64,000 bases of DNA from Lama glama (lineage: Eukaryota): positions 54,314,001-54,378,000 of the forward strand of contig CM052816.1 of NCBI GenBank assembly GCA_028534125.1, written 5' to 3'. Below the pieces are notes generated by a model. It was not told the DNA's origin, ran no database searches, and saw only the letters and a program-made list of their open reading frames with translations. The translations under genes were made by a program, and so were the position numbers. Numbering within the stretch: the stretch's first letter is position 1; each line of letters opens with the position of its first letter. Below are positions 26,269-38,764 of this stretch, one piece after another.

Positions 26269-28496
26269 GGGAATTTTTAGGTTCAAGATGGTGACACAGG
26301 AGAATCCTGAACTCAACTCCTCCTACAGACACACCAAATCGATGAATATGCACGGAACAATGCCCTCTGAAAGAAACTCAGAAACTAGCTGAGCAGCTCC
26401 TACACAACAAGTGAATGAGAAAAAAACCCGCACTGAAGAGAAACAGTCTTGCCATAAAGCCCACCCCCAGCACCGCAACACACAATCAGGTGGAAGCGCA
26501 CAATTCCCAGCTTCCCCAGAGAAGCAAGGGGTTTGGATGCCACATCTGGGGCCCAACTCTTAAGGCTTCCACCTAAGAGATGGACCCCCAAAACACCTAG
26601 TTTTGAAAAACAATGGGCTTGTGTCCATGAGACCCACCAGACTACAGGAAACGAATAGTTCTTAAAGAGCTTAAGTGGACTCACTGTGGCTAAACCAAGG
26701 GCCCAGTGCAGAGACAGCAAACTGAAATTCACCCAGTCTTTCTGTGAAAGATGCCTATTTGCTTATCTTAAAAGCTTCAACCTGAAAGGCAGGCTTCGAA
26801 TTGCCCACACAACTAGGGGCCGACTGCTGTACTCTCTAGAGGTTGGGAGGCTAGCAGGCCTCATTCTTGCTCTCTCCCTGGCCTCATGTCACTTGTATCT
26901 CCCTGAAAGAGGCTTGTGCACGTACATGGTACCCTGGCTTTTGTGGCTGACAACCAGGAGACACCCCCTGATTGCCTGGCTCTAGTGGCCAGCAGGACTT
27001 ACTTTCCCAGGTTCCACAGGACAGCAACAAACAGAGAAATAGTTCTTAACAGGCTATTCCCAAAGGGCACAGCATGGAGGCAGCACACAGAGACACCTGT
27101 CTCCCAGTCTTACCCTGTAGGAGCTATATTTACCTAGGTTAAGAGCTGCTGCCTGAGGGTCCAGCTTCCAATTAGCCTCGACCTAAGTGCTGACTAGATC
27201 ATCTCCTTTGAGACACTGACATGTCTTGGCACACTTTCAACTACTTGGAACCACCAAAACCAGTAGCTGCTTCAACAACCACAAAGGTAAGAGAGACAGC
27301 CAAGAGCCAGGGCACGGCAGAATGATAAGGCTCATCTCCTAAATGAGACTGCTCCATGAAGACAGAGGGGTGGCTGGTTTTTCTAACAACAATAAAAAAC
27401 CCAACACAGAGTGCCAAGAAAAGTGAAGAAACAGAAGAACATGTTCCAAATGAAAGAAAAAGAAAAAAAATCTCAGAAAAAGACCTTAATTAAATGGAAA
27501 AAGTGATTTACCCTAACAAAGATTTACCTTCAAAATAGCAGTCATAAATGGGTCTACTGCGGTCAGGAGAAAAAGGCAAAAACAAAGTGAGAATTTCAAT
27601 AAAGAGATACGGAATATAAGTAAGTTCTAAGCAGAAAGCACAGAGATGAGTAATACAATAAGTGCACTGCAAAATCCAACAGAGGAGTTTCAGCAGCAGA
27701 TGAGATGAAGCAGAAGAAAGGATCAATGAACTCAAAGGCAGGGCAGTGGAGTTCGCCCACTGAGGGCAGCAAAAAGAAAAAAGAATGAAAAAGAATGAAG
27801 ACAGTTTAAGAGATTTATGGCACAACATCAAGTAGACCAATATTTGCATCACAGGAATTCCAGAAAGAAAGGGGCAGAAAACTTAGTTGAAGAAATAATG
27901 GCCAAAAAACTTCATCTAGGGAAGAAAATAAATGTCAGGTCCACAAAGCCCAAAAAGTTGCAAATAAGATGACTCCAAATAGACCTATACCAAGACACAT
28001 TATAATTAAACCATCAAAAGTTAAAGACATGGGGCCCATCTTAAAGGCAGCAAGAGAAAAACAATGTATTATGTACAAGGAAACTCTCATAGGACTGAGC
28101 AAATTTTTCAGCAGAAACCTTGCAGGCCAAAAGGGAGTGGCATGATATAGTCAAAGTGCTGAAAGATAAAAAGCTGTCAACCAAGAATTCTCTGGCTGGC
28201 AAAGCTGTCCTTCAGAATTGAAGAACAGAGTTTTCCAAGCAAGCAAAAGTTGAATAGGTTATGAACTTTAATTAGACTGGCCTTAGAAGAAATGTTAGAG
28301 AGACATCTTTAAGTTGAAACAAAAGAACACTAATTAGCAACAGGAAAACAAAATATAAATCTCACTGGTAAAGGTAAACATATAGTAAAATATGAAATAA
28401 TCTAATGTAAAGATGGTAGATTAATCACCTATAAAAGACAAAAGTAGCAAGTATAACTTAACTACAATGATTTGTTAAAAAATACACAAGATAAAT

Positions 28497-29565
28497 GCAG
28501 GACAGTCACATGCAAAAGAATAAAACTCAACCACCACCTTACACCATACACAAAAGTCAACTCAAAATGGATTGAGCGCTTGAACATAAGACCTGAAACA
28601 ATAAAACTCTTAGACGAAAACATAGGTGATAACTCCTTGACACTGGCCTCGGTGGTGATGTTTTAAAAATCTGATACCAAAAGCAAAAGCAACAAAAGCA
28701 TAAATAAACGAGAGGGACTTCATCAAACTTAAAGACTCCTGCACAGCAAAGTTAATCACCAAGAAAACAAAAAGACAACCTACCAAATGGGAAAAAATAT
28801 TTGCAAATCATATCTGATGAAGAGCTAATATCCAAAATAGATAAAGAATACATACAACTTACTAGCAAAAATCCAAATAATCCAATTAAAAAATGAGCAG
28901 AGGATCTGAAGAAGACATACAGATGTTACACAAATAGGTGCTCAACATCACTAATCATCAGGGAAATGCAAATCAAAACCACAATAAGATTATCACCTCA
29001 TACCTGTTAAAAACTAAAGAAATAACAAGTGTTGATGAGGATATGGAGAAAAAGGAACCCTTGTGCATGGTTGGTGGGAATGTAAATTGGTGCAGCCGCT
29101 ATGGAAAACAGTATGGAGAATTCTCAAAAAATTAAAAATAGAACTACCATACAATCCAGCAATTCTACTTCTGGGTATTTATTCAAAGGAAACAAAATAA
29201 CTAACTAGAAAAGATACATGGACCCTCATGTTCATTGCAACATTATTTATAACAGCCAAGATATGGAAACAACCTAAGTATCCACTGATGGATGAGCGAA
29301 TAAAAAATTGTGGTATACATATACAACAGAATATTATTCAGTCAGAAAAAAGAATGAAATCTCGCCACGTTTGACAACATGGATGAGCCCTAAAGGCATT
29401 ATACTAAGTAAAATATATCAGATACACAGAGAGAAATACATATGATCTCTCTTACATGTGGAATTAAAACAAAACAAAAAAAACAATCTTAAATTACAGA
29501 GCCGGGGGTGAGGGTTGGGAGAAATGGGTGATAGGGCTCAAAAGTAAAAAGAAAAGAGAAAAAAA
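28497..29565 (+). mobile_element. L1 ORF2 3' end and partial 3' UTR lying in the spacer of the host L1
   Basis: Paralogous to host 34165-35260; ends in an A-rich tract at ~29546-29565. Confidence 0.85.
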
Positions 29566-29569
29566 CCTT

Positions 29570-29885
29570 GTTCTCAAGTCCAGACTGAAGGAAATAGACA
29601 TGACTGTTTCTAGACTATATTCTCTTGCTATAACAGACTTTATTAGGAAAATAAATAAAACTCAAATGAGGTCTGAGAGTTAAACGGTAGTAAAGTATCA
29701 TTGTTAACTTCATGGCTTTGATGACTGTACTTTGGTCATGTATATGAGTGCCTTTGTTTACAGAAAATACAAATAAAAGTATTCAGAGTTAATGCTGCTT
29801 CATGTCACCAACTATTCAAATAGTCAAGGAAAAAAGAGGTTCTTTTTTTTATACTGTTTTTACAGCTTTTCTGAAAGTATGAGAA
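29570..29885 (+). mobile_element. Ancient L1MC-like 3' UTR fragment
   Basis: 'gtatcattgttaacttc...gatgactgtactttggtcatgta...cagaaaatac' motifs; much more diverged than the flanking L1. Confidence 0.65.
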
Positions 29886-32648
29886 AGAGAGATAGAAAAG
29901 AGAAAGAGACACACAGGTAGGCAGGCAGGCAGGCAGGCAGACCGACCTGGGCTAGGAACACCTGTATGAAGTTGATAGCACTGAAGTTCATGGTATAAGC
30001 CATGCTGATGAGTCCAACTGCTGGAGTCACCCTGCCCAGTCTCTAAGCTAATTCAGGCTGATATATATACACTAAGAGCCTAATTCTACAGTGGTTTCTT
30101 GATTCCCCACTACTTACCTGCACAGCCTGCTTGACTAGAACTCAGAAAACCTTCCCAGCTCTAGCTAGGCCCCTACACTCACTAAAGGACCTAAAGCCTG
30201 CTCTCCAGAATTTCCGCCCACTGGCTGAACCCCCAAATTAGCAGCCAGCTGACTAAATATCTCAATCATCTGAAAATATAGTCTGACCTGCCCTACCCAC
30301 CATATCTCCCTTAGAATGCTTCTGCAGGTCCAGATCAAGCTTGAATATGGAATAGCTTTTTACCCTTTCATTTGCTAAGGTCCCAATAGCCTTCCCAAAC
30401 TCCCCTTTCTAGGCTAAAATGGAATTAATGGATAATATCTCTGAAGAATTTAGGGGATGTACACAAAGGAAGAAGAGGGCAAACAAGAAAAAGGGCTGGG
30501 AGGGACGACTGGGGCAGTAGTAGCTGCACAAACCAAAGGAGGAGATTCAGAGGGGACAAGGGGTTCAGCAAGGTAAGGAAGTACAATGAAAAAGTCTTTG
30601 GACCTGATCCTCGGGAAGCCACTAGGGCACTGTGAGAGGACATCTTCATAGACTCTGGGGCAGAAGTGAAATGCTGAGCTGCTGGATGTCAGAGGTAAGG
30701 GCAGCAAAGAAGTTTTTCGAGGAAAGGCAGAGGTGAGATTGTTTGTTAAGAGTTTAAAAACGAAATATTTCAGGCATGTGGGGATCCCCCTCCACCATGT
30801 TTTAGTAGGCTAATAGAAGAAGCTATGGACTGAAAATAAAAATATGGGCAAGAGTGGTTGGGGTATTTGATCATGGGACAGAATTAAGGGGACAGGTAAA
30901 AGATTTGACTTGGAAAGTAGAGACTGTAGGGGACCCAAAAATAGGGATAGGGGATGGAAATAATACATGAAGATAGTAATTTTTTAAAAAGACGCAAATT
31001 GTAACATCAAAAACATAAAAGTAAAAATGTAGAGCTTTAGAATGCATTTAAACTTCATTTAAGTTATATCAACTTAAAATAGACTTATAAATATGTTTTA
31101 TGTAAGCCTAATAGTAATCACAAGGCAAAAACCTACAGCAGATACACAAAAGAGAAAGAGAAAGGAATCTAAGCATATCACCATGAAAAGCAACAAGTCA
31201 CAAAGGAAGAGAGCAAAAGAAGGAAGGAACAAAGGAATTGCAAAACGGCCAGAAAGCAATGAACAAAATGGCAGTTAGCCCATACTTAACAATAATAACT
31301 TAAATGTAATGGACTGCATTCTCCAGTCAAAAAACCAAGTGGCTAAATGGATAAAAAATAAGACCCAAATATATGCTGCCTATAAAAGACTTACTTCTGC
31401 TTTAAGAACACACACAGACTCAAACTAAAGGATGGAAAAAGAGATTCCACACAAATGGAAAACAAAGAAAGCTGGGGTAGCTACACTTACAACAGACAAA
31501 ATAGACTTCAAGATAACGACTATGATAAAAGACAAAGAAAGTCATTATATAATGATAAAGGGATCAATCCAACACGAGGATATAACATTTGTAAATATTT
31601 ATGCACCCAACAAGGAACATGTAATTATATGAAGCAAACATTAACAGATGTAAAGGGAGAAGTTGACAGCAATACAATAGTAGCAGGGGATTTGAATGCC
31701 CCACTTTCATCAATGGATAGATGATCCAGACAGAAAAATCAATAAAGGAACATTAGACTTAAACTATATAGTACACCATATGGACTTCAGATATTCACGG
31801 AACATTCTATCTGAAAGCAGGAGAATACCTTCTTCTTAAGTGCACAGAGAATATCCTCCAGGATAGATCACATGTTAGGCCACAAAACAAGTCTTAATAA
31901 ATTCAAGATAACTGAAATCATATCAAGCATCTTTCCCAACCACACTGGTATGAAACTAGAAACAATTACAAAGAGAAAACTTGAAAATTCACAAACTGGA
32001 GATTAAATAACAGCTACCGAACAACCAACAGTCAAAGAAAAAAGAAATTTAAAAATACCTTAAGACAAATAAAAAATGGAAAATACAACATACCCAAAAC
32101 TTACGGGATGCAGCAAAAGCACTTCTAAGGGGGAAGTTCATAGAGATAAACACCTACCTTAGAAACCAGAAAGATCAAATAAACAACTTAACTTTATACC
32201 TCAAGGAAACAGAATGACAAATTAAGCCCAAAGTTACTAGAAGGAAGGAATTAAAGATCTGAGCAGAAATAAATGAAATAAAACTAAAAAGACAATAGAA
32301 AATATCAATGAAATTAAGCACTTTTTTTTAATAAAATAGTCAAATCTTTAGCTAGACCCACCAAGAAGAGAAGAGAGAAGACTCAAAATCAGAAGTGCTA
32401 TATAGTGCTATAAGAGATTCTCAACAAAATATTACTAGACCAAATTTAACAGTTATGTTAAAAGGACCATACACCATGATAAAGTGGGATTTGTCCCTGG
32501 GATTCAAGGATGCTTCAACATTTGCAAATCAATGAATGTGATAGACCACATAAACAAAATGAAAAATAAAAATCATGATCATCTCAATAGATGCAGAAAA
32601 AGCACTGGACAAAATTCAACATCCATTAATGATAAAAACTCTCAACAA

Positions 32649-33192
32649 CTCTTCACAAAGATGGCACCAAAAGTGAAGCAGGAAAACCCTGCCTCTCCCA
32701 AAACAAGACTTTGAAGGCCAAGAAAGCAGTGCTAAAAGTCGTCTCCAGCCACAGCCACACACCACATACCCAACACTCACCCACCCACACACACACACAC
32801 AATACATGTTACCCACCTTACAGCACTGAAAATACTGTAGCTCTGCAGGCAGCCCAGATGTCCTGGAAGAATGCCTCCAGGAGAAACCAGCTTTTACTAT
32901 GCCATCATCAAATTCCCCCTGACTACCCAGTGAGCCATGAGGAAGACAGAAGACAACACCACATTTGTGTTTATTGTGGCTGTCAAGGCCAACAAACACC
33001 AGCTCACATAGGCTGTGAAGAGACTCTGTGACACTAACACAGCCCAGATTAACACCCTAACCTGACCTGGTGAGAAGAAGGCATTTGTTTGGCTCCAAAC
33101 TGCAATGCTTTGGATGTTGCCAACAGAACTGGAATCATCTAAACTCAGACCAGACTAATTCTAAATATAAATTTTTTTTTTACCAGAAAAAG
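32649..33192 (+). pseudogene. RPL23A: RPL23A processed pseudogene inserted in L1 ORF2
   Basis: Intronless, ATG 32661 to TAA 33140-33142. Remnant peptides [40 protein letters not shown] and ALDVANRTGII*, with frameshifts and stops. Short A tail; TSD aaactct[ca/tg]acaa at 32636-32648 and 33193-33205. Confidence 0.95.
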
Positions 33193-35589
33193 AAACTCTT
33201 GACAAAGTGGGTGTAAAGGGAATGTACCTCAACATAATAAAGGCCATATATGGCAATCCCATGGCAAACATCATACTCAGTGGTGAGAAACTTGAAGCTT
33301 CTCCTCCAGGATCAGGAACAAGACAAGGATGTCCACTCTTGCCATTTTTATTCAACATAGTACTGGAAGTCCTAGCCAGAGAAACTAGCAAAGAGAAAGA
33401 AAAGGCATCAAATTGGAAAGAAAGAAGTAAAACTGTCTCTATTTGCAGATGATATGATCTTCTAAAATAGAAAACCCTAAAGACTACACCCAAACACTGT
33501 TAGAATTAATAAATAAATTCAGGAAAGTCACAGGATACAAAAATCAATATAAAATAAGCTGTGTTTTCTGTGTGCTAATGATGAACTAACAGAAAGAGAA
33601 AATAAGAAAACAATTCCAGTTACAAGTGCAGACAAAAGAAAAAATACCTAGAAATAAATTAAACCAAGGAGTTCTAAGACTTGTACTCTGAAAACTTTAT
33701 AAAACATTAATGAAAGAAATTGAGGAAGACACAAATAAATGGAAGTCTATTCCAGGGTCATGAACTGGAAGAATTAATATTGTTAAAATGCCCATACTAC
33801 CCAAAGCAATCTACAGATTCAATGCAATTCCTATTAAAAAATTCCAATGGCTTTTTTCACAGAAATAGAACTAACGATCCTAAAATTTGTATGGACCACA
33901 GAAGACCCTGAATAGCCAAAGAAACCTTGGGAAAGAAGAACAAAGCTGGAGGCATCATGCTTTCTGATTTCAAACTGTATTACAAAGCTGTAGTATCCAA
34001 AACAGTATAGCATTGGCATAAAGACAGACACATAGATCAATGGAACAGAGAATCCAGAAATAAATCCATGCATATATGGTCAAACTACGTACAACAAACG
34101 AGCCAAGAATACACAATGAGGAAAAGATAGTCTCCTCAATAAATGATGCTGGGAAGGAAAACTAGACAGTCACACGCAAAAGGATGAAACTAGACCACTA
34201 TCTTACATCACACACAAAAATCAACTCAAAATAGTTAAAGACTTGAACATAAGACCTGAAACCATACCACTAAAAGAAAACATGGGGGACAAGCTCCTTG
34301 ATCCTGGCAATGATTTTTTTTTTTTTTACATTTGACACCAAAAGCAAAAATAAACAAGTGGGGATACATCAAACTAAAATGCTTCTGTACAGCAAAGTAA
34401 ACCATGAGCAAAATGAAAAGACAACATACTGAACAGGAGAAAATATTTGCAAATCATAGATCTGACAAGGGAGTTCATGATCTAAAAACATATAAAGAAC
34501 TCATACAAGTAAACAGCAAAAAATCTGATTAAAAAACGTCCAGAGGATTTGAATAGATATTTTTTCAAAGAAGACATACAGATGGCCAACACATACACAA
34601 ATGGGTGCTCAATATCACTAATCACCAGGAAAATGCAAATCAAAACCACAATGAGATATCAACTTACACCCATCAGAATGGTTATTATCAGAAAGACAAG
34701 AAATAAGTGTTGATGAGGATGTGAAGAAAAGGAAACCTTTGTGAACAGTTGGTGGGAACGTAAGCTGGTGCAGCCACTATGAAAAATAGCATGGAAGTTC
34801 ATCAAAAAATTAAAAATAGAACTACCGTATGATCCAGCAATTCCATTTCTGTATTTATCTGTAGGAAATAAAATCACTATTTGGAAAAGATACATGCACC
34901 CTCATATACACTGCAGAATTATTTATAATAGCCAAGATATGGAAACAGCCTATGTGTCCATCAACAAATGACTGGATAAAGAAAATGTGGTTTATATGTA
35001 CAATGGAATATTATTCAGCTATAATAAAGAAGGAAATCCTGCCATTTGTAATAATATGAGTGGACCTTGAGGGCATTATGACAGATGGAGTAAGTCAGAG
35101 AAGGACAAACACTATATGATGCCACTTATATGTGGAATCTAAAAACAAAAACCAAAGAACCTGAGGTCACAAAGAGAACAGACTGGTGGTTGCCAGAGGC
35201 AGGGGGTTGAGAGGCGGGGGGTTGAGAGGTGGGTGAAATGGGTACAGGCAGTCAAAAGATACAAATTTTCAGTTCTGAAATAAATTAGTCCTGGGGAATG
35301 TATGTACAGTGTAGTGACTACAGTTAACAATGCTGGATTGTGTATTTGAAAGTTGCTAATGGAGCAGATCTTAAATTTTCTCATCAAAAGGAAAAAAATG
35401 TGTAACTGTGTAGTGATGGATGTTAACTAAACTTATTGTGATTATTTTGCAATGTACACATATCAAATCATTATGTTGTACATTTAAAACCAATAGTGTT
35501 ATATATTAATTATTTCTCAATTTTAAAAAATCTGAGCCAATGCAGAAAACTGTGATCTAGATTAAGTCACAATGTAGATTAAAAAATTC

Positions 35590-36197
35590 TGGTTTTTATC
35601 CATATAATCTGTGTCTTTCCTGAACAGTTTTCCTGCAATGAATTTTTCTCTTCAGAATTTTCCACGGGTTTTTGACACTGTACAAAGAATTTTCAGATGT
35701 GAGGAGCTAACAAATATATAAATATAAATTAAACATTGTTTGAAGAGGGAGGGGGTTCTCTTTTTATTGTTTGTTTTCACTACAGTGGTATTAAGACCAG
35801 CACTTAAAATAACTGTTTTGTTAAAAAAAAAAAAAAAGTCCTGACTTGTACCATTTGTTGATTTCCTTGATCTAAAAATGTTCCCCACATGGCTGTTTGA
35901 AGCTAGCAACATGATGCCGCTGAACATGGAGTTAAAAAGACATGTGTGCAGCTTGACTTTATATGTTATTTTCACCATGCAGATAAGACAAATGTAAGTA
36001 ACCTCGAGAGCAAAGATAATAGTAAAATGTAGTAATGCACTGAAGAAGTTTTAGATTTGGAGTACTTACTTCCTATTTTAAAGATGTACTTACTTGCATG
36101 CATCTATAATTTAATTTTGAATAACGGCTTACAAAATTCCAGAAAATTAAACAATCAGCTCACACGACCTGTATGACCTGGCGCCTGCACACCACTA
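35590..36197. mobile_element. MER63-like (hAT-Blackjack) DNA transposon, right part
   Basis: 'taacctcgagagcaaagataatagtaaaatgtagtaa' and terminal 'aaaattccagaaaattaaacaatcagct...gcacaccact' match the recalled MER63 consensus (reverse complement). Confidence 0.7.
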
Positions 36198-36941
36198 AGT
36201 GGAGGCAGGGAGAGCAGTTAGGAGGCCAGTGCAGGACAACCAGAGGCCATAATGGGAGGAAGTGAAGTCGGGTGGAGAAATGGGCATGAGGTCAAGAGTT
36301 ATTAGGAAGACACACTCTTCAGAACTAAGTGGCTTTGAGGAAGCAGGGGGTCAGGAAAGCAAGGATGCTAAAGGTGGTTCCCAGGTTTAGAGTGGGGGTG
36401 ACTAAGTGAAAGGGAGGGGGGGTACCATTAGTCAAGCCAGGGATTTCAGCAGGGGCAGATGTGGAGTGAAATGTGGTGACCTCATTCTCATTCATCCTTG
36501 TGTATTCCCTGGGTCAAAGAGCTGGAAGGCAATTGATGCCTACTGAATAAAGGAATGAATGCCCAGCTTAGGTTCAGCGTGTGCCCCAAACTGAAAAGTT
36601 CTCCTCAAAGTGAACTAATTCCTTCTGAGGAAGCAGCTACCCACTGCTGCTTTGGAAAAAGAAAAATTTCCTATAAATTGCCAATAGCCATAAATTGCAT
36701 ACAAATAGGTAAATAAGTACAACTTTAACCTAAGTCAGGTATACAGTGATGTAAAAGTCCCTTGTGCTCAATTATTTTAAGTCTCCACTGTGAGCAGAAT
36801 CTTGCAATTGTCTGAATGACACAAATCATACAAAAATTCAGCCTTTGGAATTTTAGTTAAAATTCTTTTAGTTAAATCTTTTGGGAAAACCTCTCCTCCC
36901 CAAAGGCCAACACAGAATCTCCTCTTTAAATCCTAGTTGTC

Positions 36942-37367
36942 TGGAAACAACCTAAATGTCCATTGACAGATGACTGGATAAAGAAGTTGTGGTATATTTA
37001 CACAAAGGAATACTACTCAGCCATAAAAAATAATAAAATAATGCCATTTGCAGCAACACAGATGGACCTGGAGATTGCCATTCTAAGTGAGGTAAGGCAG
37101 AAAGAAAAAGAAAAATACCGTATGATACCACTTACATATGGAATCTAAAAAAAAAAAAAAGACAAACTAACTTATTTACAAAAGAGAAACAGACTCACAG
37201 ACATAGTAAACAAACATGGTTACCAGAGGGGAAAGGGGGTGGGAAGGGATAAATTGGGAGTTAGAGGTTTGCAGATACTAACTGTATGACTGAAGCACTA
37301 TGCTGTACACTAGAAATTGACACAATATTGTAAATTGACTATATTCCAATAAAAAATATATATATAT
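36942..37367 (+). mobile_element. 5'-truncated L1 3' end
   Basis: 14 bp TSD aaatccta[g/c]ttgtc at 36928-36941 and 37368-37381; the tail has decayed to (TA)n. Confidence 0.9.
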
Positions 37368-38466
37368 AAATCCTACTTGTCCTAAATGTGACAGAGATAA
37401 AGAGACAACATTAACTTTTAAGAAACAGCTCAGCCATGTCTGCTCACCATTCATGAGCAAACCTACCTTACCTTTAAGTCACACTAACTTTTCTTCATGT
37501 TTAGGCCTCCAGGGCTGAGGCTCACCTGACTGGGGCCTCCCTGCCCGAGCGTGCTGCTGCAGGTGAGCAGGCACGACGCTTCACACAGAGGAAAACAAGA
37601 TTTCCAGCTCAGACTTAGAGCTCCGTCTGTTTTTCCATCCTCCACTCCTGCCCGTTGCCACCACGGGCTCAGTGCCTTATCAATACCTACTGCCGTGGCA
37701 GAGAGGACAGGGTGAGAGACCAGATGGGGCACGGGAAGTCCATCACCGTGCAGGGCAGACCCCCGGGGCCTGCTGCCCTGCCGGCCATGAGGGCAGAGTC
37801 CCTGTGTCCACCGGAAACGAGGCAGCCTCCTCTCCCACCGTGCTCAGTGTAGGTGAGCAGGCCTATAATGTTCCGGTTTATCCTCTCCCTTGTCAGCCTG
37901 GTGGCTCTCTCAGCTTCAGACTTCTCGGGCCTCAGGAAGCCTGTCGTGACCAGCTCCGGCAGCCACCGGCCACCGGCAGCGCCAGCCAGGCCTGAGGTTG
38001 CGTCTCCTCGTCCTCTGAGCCGGGACTTTCCCACACATGTAATCCCATCGCTGATTCCCGGTGTCCCTGTTTCCTGCTCCCTGCTGTGAGCTCCCACTCG
38101 CCCTACCCTCGGACACCCTGCAGGTACTCCATGCACATCTGCCAGGGTTTGGCTGTTTGAACGTGGTTTCTCAGGAAAAATTGTGGTTTTGCAATATCGG
38201 AGGCCTTTCTGTAAATAGCTTGGTGTAATTATGTACTAAAGCCAACTAGAAAATTTTTGTTTACTTAGTGGCTTTACCAAATATATCAACAAATATTTGG
38301 GGCACCTACTTTGAATAAAGTATATACAGACTCAATACCATGGTAATACACTGATTATATAAAATACATCTCTAAAAGTGAACATTTCAGTGAAGTCGTG
38401 TTTTTTAAGTCATGTTTTCAGTGGCAGAGCCCTTTTCTCCCACTTCCTTTTAAAAAGTCACGCTTG

Positions 38467-38764
38467 CAGAAACAGATTCAAAGACATAGACTACAAACTT
38501 GTGGTTGCCAGTGGGGAGAGGGGGTGGGAAGGGACAGACCCGGAGTTTGAAATTTGTAGGTACTGACAGGTATATATAGAATAGATAAAAAAATTATACT
38601 GTACAGCACAGGGAAATATATACAAGATCTTGTGGTAGCTCACAGTGAAAAAGAATGTGAAAATGAGTATGTGTATGCTCATGTATAACTGAAAAATTGT
38701 GCTCTACACTGGAAATTGACACAACATTGTAAACTGACTATAACTTAATAGAAAAAAATTTTTA
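38467..38764 (+). mobile_element. Young L1 3' UTR fragment
   Basis: 15 bp TSD aaaaagtcac[g/a]cttg at 38452-38466 and 38765-38779; tttt|aaaaa target site. Confidence 0.9.

Larger units (their letters stand above)
26270..35530 (+). mobile_element. Near full-length decayed L1: 5' UTR, ORF1 ~27420-28315, ORF2 from ATG 31268, 3' UTR; interrupted at 28496-30984 and 32649-33192
   Basis: Starts 'ttcaagatggtg'. Has ORF1 remnants, EN-domain peptides (KAGVATLTTDKIDFK, IYAPN, GDLNAPLS) and an RT peptide ([23 protein letters not shown]). Many stops and frameshifts. Confidence 0.9.

Noticed and set aside
31268..34900. Possible active L1 ORF2
   Set aside because: Many stops and frameshifts, an internal deletion and a pseudogene insertion.
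35531..35592. Possible short 3' transduction after the full-length L1, with TSD aaatt[c/t]..gg (26262-26270 vs 35584-35592)
   Set aside because: The match is short and imperfect, and the ~55 bp could belong to the host hAT element.
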